The notes: generated by a model not told the origin, from the sequence alone. A stretch of DNA of 64,000 nucleotides from Eledone cirrhosa (GCA_964016885.1 OZ024742.1:254076001-254140000); one strand, 5' to 3'; shown: positions 39,871-54,142, counted from the stretch's first letter. Numbers and translations are program-made.

Positions 39871-40807
39871 TACTATACATCATTTCACCCTTTTATTATT
39901 ATTAATATTTTTGATGTTCTTTTGAGAGAATCGTTTTTGCAAATTACTGAAAATATCGAATAATGTACACCATTTTTACCAGTATCACAAAATAATGGTC
40001 CATCCACACACACACACAAACACACATACACACATACACACACACTTCTCCGTATAATACAAGAGCTGAAAAATATCTTTCAACATGTTAAAATACCCCC
40101 CACACACGTACAGACACATTCCTACTGACCGAATCCCTCTACCACGAACCACTCTGCTACACACACACACACACACACACACACATATTTGTCTTAATAG
40201 ACACCTGAACTGTTGACCTTTCAACATGACTGCAATTCACACACACATCCCTACTGACCATTATCACAACAATGAACCTCTTTACTACACACACACACAC
40301 ACACACACACACATATTTGTCTTAAAAGACCTATTTTTCAGTGACTTCTCAATCAGGCGAAAAAGCACGCTCTTCGACAAACCTCCATTTGGCGCAAAAT
40401 CATTTTTTAACATTCACGTGACCTCTACCGACCAATCAAAATTGTTTTGACTACAAGAATTTTTGCAACACGAATTGGCGCGAAACTTATAGTACTCATT
40501 CACGGGACATTCACCAACCAAATCTTAATATCTCTGGAGCCACTTTTTTCACAAAAAACAGGTAGAATTTCCAAAACTTATCAGATTAGAGCAAACATCA
40601 CGGGCGCTCTATCTCAAAATTATTTTTGAAAAGTATTAGAAATGCGCAACCGGTAAAAACTTAAATCTAAAACTGAATACTAACCAATACTTATTACTAA
40701 TTTTTACTTATTCCTAATTAAACTATTTTTCACTGGGAAAAATTTGTCAGCATTTTCTTTTCCTTTTACTAATATATCCCAACTCGTGTGTTACACCTCT
40801 ATTCTTT

Positions 40808-40860
<53 letters not shown>

Positions 40861-41283
40861 GAAAAACTCAGATTACATTTATTGTATTCAGCCATGTAGG
40901 GCAAACATTTTTTTATTAGAATATTGCAAAGCCGGACATTGATCGCTCGTATACAGGAAACTGACTGGCTAGTCTGCTGATATGCAAATCTGGCTGATCA
41001 GTGGATCTGCTAATATGCAGATCTGACTGATCAGCCAGTGTGCTATTATGCAAATCAGGCCAATCAGTCACTGTATATTTTAGAAAATATCATGTATATT
41101 CACTAGGTCTGACAGTTGGCAGCTGTACAGTGTCTGAAGTTCTGTTTGCATGCTAACACAAAAGCAAGAATGAAGGGCTCATTCTACTGACATGTCTTTA
41201 AAAATGAGGCTTGTTCGCATAATTGCAAATGAATCGAATATTATCATTAATATTCGAATAACTCAGATTATATTTATATATAT

Positions 41284-42943
41284 ATACCTAGCTAAAAGTA
41301 AACCCCTATACTTAGCTTTTGTTGACTTGGAGAAAGCCTTTGACAGAGTCCCCCGCTCCATTATCTGGTGGGCTCTTAGAAAACTAGGTGTTGATGAATT
41401 ACTTGTGAGAGCTAAAAAAGCCATGTATAAAGAAACAGTCAGCAAGGTTAGAATTAACAACGAATATAGTGAAGAGTTTGGCGTAAAAGTTTTTGTTCAT
41501 CAGGGCTCCGTCCTTAGCCCCCTACTATTTATTATTCCCCTTCAAGCTATAACAGAGGAGTTCAAGACCGGCTGCCCATGGGAACTCCAATACACAGATG
41601 ATCTAACGCTCATAGCTGAATCAATGGCTGAACTAGAGAAGAAATTCCAAACATAGAAGCATGGCCTAGAATCAAAAGGCCTTAAAATTAATCTGTCTAA
41701 CACTAAAGTCCTAGTTGATAGGAAGGAAAATATGGCACTGGTCCCATCTGAGAAATGGCCATGCTCAGTATGTAGGAAAGGAGTAGGCAGAAACTCCATT
41801 TTATGTCCCAAATGCAAAGTATGGGTGCATAAAAGATGTAGTGGGATCACAGGTAAGCTAACTAAGAATATAGATTTTATATGTGGCCGGTGCTCTGGTG
41901 CAATAAGTAGCAGCAAGTGCCAAGAGAATACTAGCTCATTCCTTTGCACAGATGGTTCTATAAAAATAGTGGACACCTTGCGTTACCTGGGTCACAAAAT
42001 CAGCAGTGGTGGAGGGTGCTCTGAAAGTACAGTAGCTAGAGTCAGAACGGGATGGAAAAAGTTCAGAGAGCTTATACCACTATTGGCCGCTAAAGGGTTC
42101 TCTCTAAAAATGAAAGGCAGGCTGTATGATGCCTGCATACGAACAGCAATGTTACATGGCAGTGAGACTTGGGCATTGTGTGCAAAGGATATACGCAGAC
42201 TGGAGAGGAACGAAGCTTGCATGGTCCGTTGGATGTGTAATAGTAATATACGTGAACGGCAAAGCATAAAGGAACTAAGGGAGAAATTACGAATAAGAGG
42301 GATCAGATGTTGTTTACTCGAGAGAAGACTACGTCGGTATGGTCACGTGATGCGCATGAAAGACGACAGCTGTATAAAAAAGTGCAGGGCGATAAAAATA
42401 GACGCTAGCCACAGACTAGGCAGACCCAGAAAAACCTGGGACGACTTGATAAATTCCGACCTCACACACTTACACCTCTCCAAGACAATGTCACTGGACC
42501 GAGATATTTGGCGCTACACAGTAATACAGAAGACCCGCCTTGTCTAAGTACAAAGCGAAACCTAGAGTCAGTAGGCACCTCTTAACAAAAATACACCCCT
42601 TCCCACTACCCCCACCCCATCCACACCATCCCTTCCGATGTAAAATTATGTTAGGTACCACAACATCCAGTCCTAAATAAATGAGGTCGTGTTGGTGTCA
42701 CGACAAAAAACACACAGTCCACTCTGCAATGTGGCCGTGTAGGTAACAAGGTAAAAATCTCCCAGTCCACACTGTAAACGTGGTTGGTGTTAGGAAGGGC
42801 ATCCAACCGTAGAAAACCCGCCAGATAGTTCCATACGAACAAGACAACCAAGCTTGCCTCAAGTGGGAAAATTCCCGTCCAAACCCATGCAAGCATGGAA
42901 GATGGACGTTAAACGATGATGATGATGATGATGATGATGATGA
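41284..42943 (+). mobile_element. RTE LINE family C, 5'-truncated
   Basis: YLAFVDLEKAFDRVP, QGSVLSPLLF, YTDD, stop at 41654, PHD-like finger, ORF to 42547, 3'UTR and (GAT)n tail. Confidence 0.92.
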
Positions 42944-43009
<66 letters not shown>

Positions 43010-43037
43010 CATATAAATATATATATAAATATATATA

Positions 43038-43432
43038 CATCATCATCATCATCATCTTCGTTTAATGTCCATCTTCCACTCTAGCATGGGTTAGACAGGA
43101 GTTGTCCCACTTGAGGCAAGGTTGGTCGGGTGACCGTGTCTCGCTCATATAGGTCTACCTGGCAGGTTTTCTACGGCTGGATGCCCTTCCTAACGCCAAC
43201 CATATTTACAGTGTGTAACTGGGAACTTTTTACCGTGTTACACGATCACATTACAGCGTGGACTGTGTGTTTTTTGTCGTGACACCTACACAATCTCGAT
43301 CTAATTATCTCATTTATTTGGACTGGATGTTGTGGTACCAACTTTACAGAGAGAGGGTAGGGTAGAGATAGTGGATTGTGGTGTATATTTGGTTTAGAGG
43401 TGCCTACTGACTGTAGGTTTCGCTTTGTACAT
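43038..43432 (-). mobile_element. RTE family C 3'UTR fragment
   Basis: Homologous to 32244-32660; tail-to-tail with the preceding element. Confidence 0.8.
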
Positions 43433-44591
43433 ATATAGTAATAATAATAAATGTGAAGACTAAAATCCGCAGAGGGCTTGTAGTAAGACGCCTTACATCC
43501 CCCCTGTCGGATAATGGACCAGGCCTAGTTGTCTCCCCTGGTTGAGAACACATTTTAGGTAGCAGCAGAAAGCCACGGAAACAACAGACAGCAGACGGCC
43601 CCTGTACCACAAACCAATAGACAAGCCACAGCAAACAGCAGACAGCCTTTGTAATTGTAATACGTTGCCTTCACTACAACTGGATCATGTCTATATTGGT
43701 ATGTGGTTTCATTTGTAATATAATAAACACATGATAGACAAAATAAACATCACCATTATTTACATTGTTGAATAGAACTCTCGTTGTGGTTATTATCTTG
43801 TCTACGCACACACCCACTCACTTGTTATAATTCTATGGAGTACTTATCCTCTCACTTACAAAAATGGTAAATAGACGAGGGACTTTCCCTCACGTCTATA
43901 TTGATAAACAATCCAACTAGGATACATCATTACCACACTGGTAACCCCGACTAAAGAATTTTACGCAGCCTTTTTATTCATTTGAACTTAAATATTTCAC
44001 TGTTATTACCACGTTGTCACCCTTTTCGCAACTTACAAAAATACAACAAAAAAAAGACATAGAAATAAAGTGTTTATACAGTATTGACAAGGTATACAGA
44101 CCAGCAAACATTTTTTTCCAAGATGACGTTGCTTTCCTTCTCCGTTTTGCAATTTTCCGCCAGGACAGGGACATTTTGAATTGCTTGTGTGTGTTCCATA
44201 TTTGATCATGAGAAAAACTGTTTTTGTGAACATTACTGCCCCGCTGGGGATACGCATGCCTTACTTTTTTTCTAAGGGATTTTTAGCCACAGGCTACCTA
44301 TTGTTGATATCCAACGTGGATATATTCTAAAACAAACATTTTTTTTTTCTCTTTTTCTCGGGTTATATGATTTGGCTTGCCCGTTGAAGCAACACAAGGG
44401 GACAGACGTTAAAGGAAAAAAAAAATGTTTTTGAAACATATATATGTACTTTATGTATTTTTGCTATTTCCTAATGTTTTGAATGTCTGTTTCTTTTTGA
44501 CCTTTGATTTTTTTTTCCATTTTGGGTGTGTACTTTTCCCTGTACGAAGGAACATTAATTGCTGTTTCTATTTTTTTAAAGTCGTTTCACA

Positions 44592-45350
44592 ATGAATACG
44601 CCACATTTGCCCGCTTTTACCGGAAACCCTAAGCTGTGGTTCGCCCAGCTACAGGCGTATTTTACGGTCTGTAAGACCGAGTCTGACCAGCGCCTCGCTG
44701 TCTTGATTAGCGGACTTCCCCCTAATTTAGCAGATTCGGTCCAAGACCTAATTACAGACCCCCCTCTGACTTAACGTATGACTCTTTGAAAGGCGAGATC
44801 TTGAGAAGGAACTGTAAAGCGGTAGATAGTCGTTTTCGGTCATTGATCGAGGACGAACGACTAGGTGACAGAACCCCTACCGCTTTTCTCTAGCATTTGC
44901 GGGAATTGAGTGATTCCCAAGATCAGGATAGCCCTTTCCTGAAGCAATTGTTCTTCTCTCACCTACCTCAAGAGGTACAGGCGATCCTAGCCCATATGCT
45001 AGAAGTAAACACACTCGACCACATTGCTGTCTCTGCCGACAAAATAGTAGAAGTGACGAAGAGAGACACTTCGAAGCAAAAGTACGTTGCTTCCTCTTCT
45101 CTTCCTCAATCACGCTCATCAGCGAGTGATGAGAAGTTAGTCAAAACAATGGAAGCCATGACTCGTCAAATGGCGGAGTTGTGCCAGGAACTCAGGTCTT
45201 TTTGACGGCAGAGGAGCCGCTCACGATCTTATTCAACTCCTCGCCACTGTAGCCTTTCCAAAACATCAAATCCAACATATTGTTATTACCATGACAAATA
45301 TGGTGACAAAGCCGCCCGTTGTAGGCCTCCTTGTGCTTACAAGAGAAACG
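44592..45350 (+). pseudogene. gag: Gypsy gag (disrupted)
   Basis: LPAF..NPKLWFAQLQAYF, LGDRTP, LFFSHLP, C(Y)YH.KYGDKAARCRPPC; stops and frameshifts. Confidence 0.8.
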
Positions 45351-48300
45351 ACGACCAGAGTCACTAACGGTGGATAGTGCGCTCTGCGAAACATCATCCA
45401 ACCGCCACTTTTTCATTGAGGACCTGCTATCAGGTAGAGCCTTTCTGGTTGACACAGGTGCAGTTTGTTAAATATGGCCTGTGTGTTGTATGAAGGAGAC
45501 TCCCCCTGAGTCACCTATTGAGTTGCAGGCAGTAAATTGTTCGCCGATTCGAACCTTCGGACAAATCTCGCTACCTTTGCAGTTCCGTAATCTGCGGCGT
45601 GAGTTTAAATGGATTTTTACTGTCGCTGCCTTGCCGTATCCGATTCTAGGCACGGATTTTCTTCACCATTTTTCATTGACGGTGGACCTCCGTCGAAAGC
45701 GCCTAATTGATGGCATCACTGGTTTAACTGTTGTTGGCAAGGCAGCAGGAGTTCCAACGGTTATCCCGACCTTTTTTCTTGCTAACACTGGCGATACTTA
45801 CCATGCGTTGTTGAACTCGTTCCCGCAACTGACTCAGGGAAATTTTTGAGTTGATGAGCCAACTCATACCACGGAGCACTTTATAACTACAACTGGCGCT
45901 CCCGTTTTTTCTCGTCCTCGTCGCTTGCCTCCGGGCAAACTCAAAGCAGCACGATCAAAGTTTGATCATATGCTGCAGTTGGGGATTATTCGTCCGTCTA
46001 CGAGCCCGTGGGCGTCCCCATTACACATGGTACCGAAAGCGACTGGCGATTGGAGACCTACTGGAGATTATCGACGCTTAAATTCAATAACGGAACCGGA
46101 CCGTTATCCTATCCCTCATCTGCAAGACTTTGTGTCTTCGTTGCAGGGATGCAAGGTATTCTCCAAACTGGATTTAATTCGTGCGTACCATCAAATTCCT
46201 GTCCATAAAAATGACATTCCAAAAACGGCTATAGTTACGCCATTTGGGTCATTTGAGTTTTTGACCATGCCGTTCGGATTAAGGAATGCCGCTAGTACGT
46301 TTCAGCGGTTTATGGATGAAGTTACTCGTGGCCACGATTTCGTATATACATATATTGACGCCCTGCTCATTGCTAGTTCTTCTCAAGAACAACATACGCA
46401 CCATTTAAATCTTCTTTTCCGCCGATTGAAGGCGTATAACGTGCAGATTAATGTACCCAAATGTGTTTTTGGTGCTGAGTCATTGACTTTCTTGGGTCAC
46501 GTCATCGATGCTGACGGTATTCAACCCCGGCCTGAGCGAGTTAAAGTCATAGAGGATTTTCCTCCACCGACCTCACTACATCAGTTACCCCAGTTCTTAA
46601 GCCTGATTAATGTTTATAGGCGTTTCGTGCCAAATTGTGCAAGATTGCTTTTCTCCCTGCCGGAAATTAAAAAAAATTGTCGGAGGAAGAACAAAGACAT
46701 TTCTTTAACCGAGACCCAACTTGCTGATTTTCAGCACGCCAAAACTGCTTTGGCTAATGCTTCTTTACTGGCTCACCCGGTACCCGGTGCAAAGCTAACG
46801 CTTTGTGTTGATGCATCGGATATCGCCGTGGGCGCAGTGCTACAGCAAAACATCAATGGTTACCAGCAACCGCTGGAGTTTTTTTCCAGAAAAATGAAAC
46901 CTGCTGAGACGCGCTACAGCACCTTTGGAAGGGAGCTTTTAGCCATCTATTTAGCCGTGAAACATTTTTCACATATGCTAGAGGGTAGACTATTTACTAT
47001 CCTCACTGACCATAAACCATTGACTTTTGCGTTGAGAGCGAAGGCTGATAAATACTCGCCCAGAGAGACGAGACACCTTGATTTCATCTCGCAATATACG
47101 AATGATATCCAACACATTCCGGGTTCATTGAATACAGCGGCCGATGCTTTGTCCCGCTTACCCGTGACAGCGATCTCGTCACCCTCTGACATAGATCTGA
47201 CTCGTTTGGCTGCGGATCAGCCTCCCCTTGAGTCATTGGATGTTACATCGCCTGAGTTTGCGAATTGCGAGATGAAATACTTGCCTTTGCCGACTGCAGT
47301 TGGCCAAATTCTCTGCGACGTCTCTTTGGACGTGCCTAGGCCCTTCGTTCCAGAGAATCATCGTCGGACCGTGTTTCTGGCATTACATAGTTTCTCGCAT
47401 CCAGGATCTTCTGCCACAGTTAAACTCATATCAGCTAGATTTTTCTGGCCAAATATGAGGCGTGAAATTGCTGCTTGGTGACGTTCCTGCGTCGCTTGGC
47501 AGAAATCAAAGGTCCATCGACACGTCAAGGCTCCCCTGGGTACCTTTACTAACCCAGATGCGCGTTTTTCGCACATTCACATTGATATAGTGGGACCTTG
47601 GCCTGTCAGCGATGGTTATTCTTATCTGCTGACTATAATTGACCGTTTTTCGAGATGGCCTGAAGCCATCCCCTTGAAAAACATCACCGCTGAGACAACA
47701 GCGCGTGCTCTTGTGTCTGGATGGATCGCTCGTTATGGAGTTCCATCCATAGTAACTACCGACCGTGGACGACAGTTCGAGTCGAGCCTTTTCCTCGAAT
47801 TGTCAAAATTAATTGGTACTAAACGCATCAGAACTATGACGTACCATCCCGCTTCGAATGGTATGGTGGAGCGTTTTCACCGACAACTGAAGGCCTCCTT
47901 AATAGCCCCAATGGACTCGGCGCATTGGAGCGAGTACCTCCCTATTGTGCTATTAGGGATTCGGTCAACGGTGAAGGTCGACTTTGAATTTTCACCGGCC
48001 GAAGTACTGTACGGTGCCCCTCTGACGTTGCCCGGGAAAATGCTTGCCCCTATCGATCTTGATGCCCAAGATCACGCTTCCTACGTGTCCCGTTTGCGCT
48101 CCTATTTCCAGGATTTGCCGCCAATGGACACTAGGAAACAAACTGTCAAGACTGCTGTCCCGAGGGATGTTGCCTCGTGGACGCATGTCTTTGTAAGGAA
48201 AGATTCTGTGAAGCCCCGCTCACACAGCCTTGCACTGGACCTTACCGTGTCTTAGCGCGCTCGGCTAAGCATTTCACTTTAGATATTAAAGGGTCCAGGG

Positions 48301-48524
48301 AGACAGTTACAATAGACAGGCTTAAGCAGGCACACCTGGACACGGACGCTGTGGTTCCTGATCCACGAACCCCTTCGTATTTGCCTGTTGAGCGAACGCC
48401 TGTTCCTGAACCACCATCATCGCCTGTCCCTACACCACCACCATCGCCACGTTACAAGACCACGACCCGTTCAGGTCGTAGGGTCCACTGGCCCAGAACA
48501 TTTTGCAGCACCGTCTATATTTAG
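45350..48524 (+). pseudogene. pol: Gypsy pol (protease, RT, RNase H, integrase; disrupted)
   Basis: [59 protein letters not shown] (for YIDD), [35 protein letters not shown] motif. Confidence 0.92.
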
Positions 48525-49250
48525 ACTGTATTAGCTGCACCTTTTTTTTGCTTCTGTGTTTCTGCTTTTTTTTTTTGCCTGTTTTTTATGCATGCATGTT
48601 TTAAAACATTTTTCAAATCCTTATTCTGGATTTAACGATTGGTAGAGCGAATAGCTCCCCCTTGTTGCATTGTTCGCCATCTTACTCCACGTGAGAGTAA
48701 TAACATCGATTTTCGATGATTTGAAAATCTGGCAGGGGATACTGTAGTAAGATGCCTTACGCCCCCCTGTCGGATAATGGACCAGGCCTAGTTGTCTCCC
48801 CCTGGTTGAGAACACATTTTAGGTAAGCAGCAGACAGCCACGGAAACAGCAGACAGCAGATGGCCCCTGTACCACGAACCAATAGACAAGCCACAGCAAA
48901 CAGCAGACAGCCTTTGTAATTGTAATACGTTGCCTTCACTACAACTGGATCATGTCTATATTGGTATGTGGTTTCATTTGTAATATAATAAACACATGAT
49001 AGACAAAATAAACATCACCATTATTTACATTGTTGAATAGAACTCTCGTTGTGGTTATTATCTTGTCTACGCACACACCCACTCACTTGTTATAATTCTA
49101 TGGAGTACTTATCCTCTCACTTACAAAAATGGTAAATAGACGAGGGACTTTCCCTCACGTCTATATTGATAAACAATCCAACTAGGATACATCATTACCA
49201 CAGGCTCGATAAGAATAATATATATCAAAATATATAAAAGCATAGAACAA

Positions 49251-49387
49251 ATATTTATTTAAATAACAGATTAAAGTTTAAGCAAAGAATCGTTGCTTTC
49301 ACCCTTAACGAGATCTTCTTAAGATCCCCTTAAAAGTGAAAGCAGCGATTCTTTGCTTAAACTTCATTCTGTTATTTTAATAAATAT
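49251..49387. repeat. Inverted repeat with degenerate hammerhead-like cores (Penelope-like terminal remnant)
   Basis: ~50-bp arms TATTTATTTAAATAACAGA..GCAAAGAATCGTTGCTTTCAC / GTGAAAGCAGCGATTCTTTGC..TAATAAATA. Core GAAGATCTCGTTAAGGGTGAAAGC matches 24953-24978. Confidence 0.55.
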
Positions 49388-49391
49388 ACAT

Positions 49392-49925
49392 ATCATCATC
49401 ATCATCGTTTAATGTCTATCTTCCACGCTAGCATGGGTTAGACGGGAATTGTCCCACTTGAGGCAAGATTGGTTGGGTGACCGTGTCTCGCTCGTATAGG
49501 TCTATCTGGCAGGTTTTCTACACTTGGATGCCCTTCCTTACACCAACCACATTTACAGTGTGGACTGGGAGCTTTTTACTGTGCCACTTTACAGCGTGGA
49601 CTGTGTGTTTTTTTTTCTTGTGACACCTACACGACCTCATTAGTTTGGACTGGATGTTGTGGTACCAACATAACTTTACAGAGAAAGGGTGTGGTGGTTG
49701 GAGTGGGATGGAGTAGGGGTAGTGGGTTGGGTGTATATTTGGTTAAGAGGTGCCTACCGACTGTAGGTTTCGCTTCGTACATAGGCAAGGTGGGTCTTCT
49801 GTATTACTGCATGGCGCTAAAGATCTTATTCCAGTGACATTATCTTAGAGATGTGGAAGTGTGTAAGGTCGGAATTTATCAGATCGTCCCAGTTTTATCT
49901 GGGTCTACCTACTCCGTAACTTCCA
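49392..49925 (-). mobile_element. RTE family C 3' fragment
   Basis: Homologous to 32244-32805. Confidence 0.85.
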
Positions 49926-49941
49926 TATACATATACATATA

Positions 49942-50043
<102 letters not shown>

Positions 50044-50045
50044 TT

Positions 50046-50170
<125 letters not shown>

Positions 50171-50237
50171 ATGTATATATGTATATGTATATGGAAGTTA
50201 CGGAGTAGGTAGACCCAGATATATATATATATATATA

Positions 50238-50782
50238 TCTAGGGTCGGTAAAATTCCCGAGATCGATGGACGAGTTCTCTCCAGCAGTCTCTATCCCTCA
50301 TTATCGCTGCCATGACCTGCGTCTCCAACAGACCAGGGTCTGTCCTTAGGGCATCAACATACGTTAACCTTGGTCTTTCTCTTCAAGTGTGTCCATGCAG
50401 GGGCTCCCACAGGAGCACTGAGTGCAGTGTCAACTCCGGATGTCTGTTAGCTTGTCCAGCTAACCTCAGTCTCCTCTGTGTCACTTTGAGCTGACTCTTG
50501 GGAGGCTACCATACAGCTCTGAGTTTTTCATCCTCAGTGTATACTGATTAAGGTATTTGGGAGCAAAGATTAGGAATATGGAAGATGATGTGGGTGAGAG
50601 GAAGAGCAAAGCCTGGGCGGCGTGCCACAGCTTGAGATCGGTGTGGAAATTGGATCTTCGTAAAGATCCGCCTCTTCTGTGCTGCTGTAAGGGTCTGAGA
50701 CTTGGACACTGACCAAGAAACTCACTCAGATGGTGGATGGGTGCTACATGATAATGCTGAGGATGGCTCTGAACATTAATCA
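50238..50782. mobile_element. RTE-like LINE 3' fragment with 5' inversion
   Basis: Minus strand ~50545-50240: [26 protein letters not shown]. Plus strand 50550-50782 encodes the immediately upstream region ([26 protein letters not shown]). Confidence 0.75.
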
Positions 50783-50785
50783 ATA

Positions 50786-50839
<54 letters not shown>

Positions 50840-50862
50840 CACACACATATATATATATATAT

Positions 50863-50901
<39 letters not shown>

Positions 50902-50991
50902 AACGGTCCTTTTCAAGAAAGAGAACAGATGTATATTTGGTTAAGAGGTGCCTACTGACTGTAGGTTTCGCTTTGTACATAGGACTTCTTT

Positions 50992-51215
50992 AGGCACCTG
51001 GAAACCTTTCTGGGTACGTCTCGCCCTTTACTGTTAGCGGGGGAACAGCATGTTATACGCACATTGGGATTGTGTGGGAGCAGCTGATAGTAGCAGGTGG
51101 TGCAAAAGCCTCAAGCACCTAATCAGCCAGTTCCAACTGTCTGACAGATATCGAATAGATTTCCCCAATGCCACAGTGTGGACGTGGACCAATCGCATAG
51201 GGTCATCGTATGCGG
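50992..51215 (+). pseudogene. Tx1/L1-like APE endonuclease fragment
   Basis: LLLAG..(D)CVG..LISQFQLSDRYRIDFPNATVWTWTN. Confidence 0.55.
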
Positions 51216-51409
51216 GGTTTGTGCCCCTGGGAACCTTTGATTAAAATGAAATATACTTATCCAAGTACCCTGCGCAATGTAGTTTCAGAATATATATCTT
51301 TATGGAGGCCTATCTCCAAAACCAAAGAAGGAGTTTGTGAAGAAAGAAAGAAAGAAACAAACAAACAAAAAACAGACAGGAACTATAACTTTATATATAT
51401 ATAGATATA

Positions 51410-54000
51410 CATCGTTATGCTAGCAGGGGACTTCAATGGTCATGTTGGACAGCTCCATGATGGTTACACTGGGGTACAGGGTGGGCACGGTTACAGCTCA
51501 AGAAATGAAGAAGGAGTGAGACATCATGAATTTTGTGATGCAAGTACACTGACCATTTGCAACACTAGCTTCCAGAAACCTGCCAACCTCCTAATAACCT
51601 ACAAATCAGGTGAGCACATAAGTCAGATTGACTTCTTACTAGTTAGGCAGCGGGACAGGCAGATGGTGTCAAATACCAAGGCATACCCACAGCATACGTT
51701 AGTCGTTAGTGATATCTCAGTAAGCAAGAGATGGAATGAGACATACAGGAAGGTGTGGAGAAGAAAGGTCTGGAAGCTAAAAGACCTTTCACTAAAATAC
51801 AAATTTAGGAAAGCCCTTCAAGATGTGTATGACGAAAAAGAAGACGATTTAGAGTCGTATGACAGATAATAACTGGAATTTCTTACGTGACAACTTACTG
51901 CAGATGAAACTTGTGGTTGGAGCTCTGACAGAGAGTGACCTGGTGGTGGAACAGCACAGTAGAGACAAAAGACTAGCATGGAAGGCTTTGAAAAAGGATG
52001 GGAGTAGAGAAGGATATACAGCTGCTAAAAGAGAAGCTAGACATCAGGTGTACTTATCATGCAGGGAGGCTGAGATTATGAGGTTTGCCAATTTTCTGTG
52101 ACAGGAAGATCAGAGGCGTGCCGTGTTCCACATTTCAAGGCAGTGTGTCAATGCAAATCAGGATGTTGTTCGAGATAAATGTGTCCAGAATGATGCTGGT
52201 GTACTTAGTATCATGAATGATCAGAAAAAAGAGGCCTGGAAATGTCATTATGAGAGACTGATGAATGTGGAGAACGAATGGGAGAGAGAGAAATTACCCT
52301 TGGTAGATCCGACAGAGGGACCAGCTATTGAGATTGACGAATATAGTGTCCAGAAGGCGATTAAGGAAATGAAAAATGGTAAGGCTGCTGGACCGTCAGG
52401 AATAGTTGCTGAGATGCTGAAGTCATCAGGGGACGTAGGCACTATGAGGCTATATATGGCAGTGTCATACCCAAAGACTGGTGCAGCAGTATTCTCATAA
52501 ATTGCTACAAATTTAAAGGGGATGCTCTGGAGAGCAGCAATTATAGTGGCATAAAGCTGATGGATCAGGTTATGAAAGTGGCAGAGAGAATATTAGTGCA
52601 ACTGATTAGAGAAAGGGTCAAATTAGATGAGATGCAGTTTGGTTTTGTGCCTGGGAAAAGTGCAACAAATGCCCTCTTCTTGGTGAAACAATTACAAGCG
52701 AGGTTCTTAGAGCAGAATAAGCCACTATACTTAGCCTTTGTTGACCTAGAGAAGGCCTTTGATAGGGTACCCTGATCTGTCATCTGGTGGTCCCTAAGGA
52801 AACTAGGTATTGAGGAATGGCTTGTGAGGACAGTGCAAACTTTGTACAGAAGTGCTGTCAGTAAAGTCAGGGTAGGAATGGAGTTTAGTGAGGAATTCCA
52901 GATACAAGTAGGAGTACATCAAGGTTTGGTCCTCAGACGCTCTTGTTCATTATAGTCCTCCAAGCCATAAGAGAGGAGTTTCAGACTGGCTGTCCATGGG
53001 AACTTCTTTATGCTAATGATCTGGTTCTTATAGCAGAATCAGTAGAGGAGCTAGAGAATAAATTCTGGCTATGGAAACAGCAGTTGGAAGCAAGAGGACT
53101 GAGAGTGAAACTAGCTAAGACAAAAGAGTTGATGAGTAGAAAAGAGGACAAAATTCTGATTCCGTCAGGGAAATGGCCATGTTCAATATGCAGAAAAGGA
53201 ACTGGCATAAATTCTATAAAATGCACACAATGCAGATCCTGGGTACACAAGAGATGTATTGGGATAGCAGTCAAACTAACAGGTAGGGAGAAATACGTAT
53301 GCAGTAGGTGTACAGGGAAAGTTGTCAGTAGAAGTCGCATTGATAGACACATTTTTCAAATGCAGGCGGGGGCTATAGAATTGGGGGACAGCTTCCGGTA
53401 CCTAGGAGATCAGATTAGCATGGGAGGGGGTGTTCTGAGGCCATAGTATCTAGAATAAGGACGGGTTGGAAGAAGTTTAGGCAGCTCTTCCTCTGCTGAT
53501 GAAGTAGGGTTTCTCCCTGCGTACGAAAGGCCGGTTATATGATGCCTGTGTGAGGAGCGCAATGCGGCATGGTAGTGAGCAGCAACTGCAGAGGATATGC
53601 AATGGCTGGAGAGAAATGAGGCAAGCATGCTCTGTTGGATGTGCAATGTCAATGTGCATAAACGACCCAGCATAGATGTGTTGAGAGAGAAACTGTGTCT
53701 AAGCCCTCTTAGACACAGTTTCTCTCTCAACACATCCATTGACTTCATAGAATGTAGTGTGCAAGAGAGGAGACTGTGGTGGTATGGACATGTGATGCAC
53801 ATGGAGGATGACCGGTGGGTGAAAAAGTGCCAGGAAAGACCACGAAAAACATGGGCGGAGGTGGTGAGAATAGACCTCAGATCGCTGAAGCTCACGGTGG
53901 AGATGATGAAGCACTGTGACAAGTAGAGAGATGTTGTGCTGAATAAGACCTGTCCCACCCTTGCAAGCAAGGAAAAGCGGACGTAAAATGATGATGATGA
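51410..54000 (+). mobile_element. RTE LINE family A, second long copy (multiple deletions)
   Basis: LAGDFNGHVG (APE) through RT, PHD-like finger and tail; colinear with 874-3442. Confidence 0.93.
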
Positions 54001-54142
54001 TATATATATATATATTTGAAAATGTGTGAGAACCTTGGTACAGTTAGGTATATTTGAAAAAAAGGAAAAGAATGACTTCACCTGTGGTTCTAAATAATTT
54101 GATTTAATTTTATATTATAATATTATGAGTTGGTAGATCTAG

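Larger units (their letters stand above)
43479..49202 (+). mobile_element. Ty3/Gypsy LTR retrotransposon, full length, decayed
   Basis: LTRs 43479-43937 and 48743-49202 (TG..CA), 4-bp target duplication GGCT, PBS TGGTAACCCCGAC at 43939, PPT GGCAGGGGA before the 3' LTR, gene order gag-PR-RT-RNaseH-IN. Confidence 0.95.
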
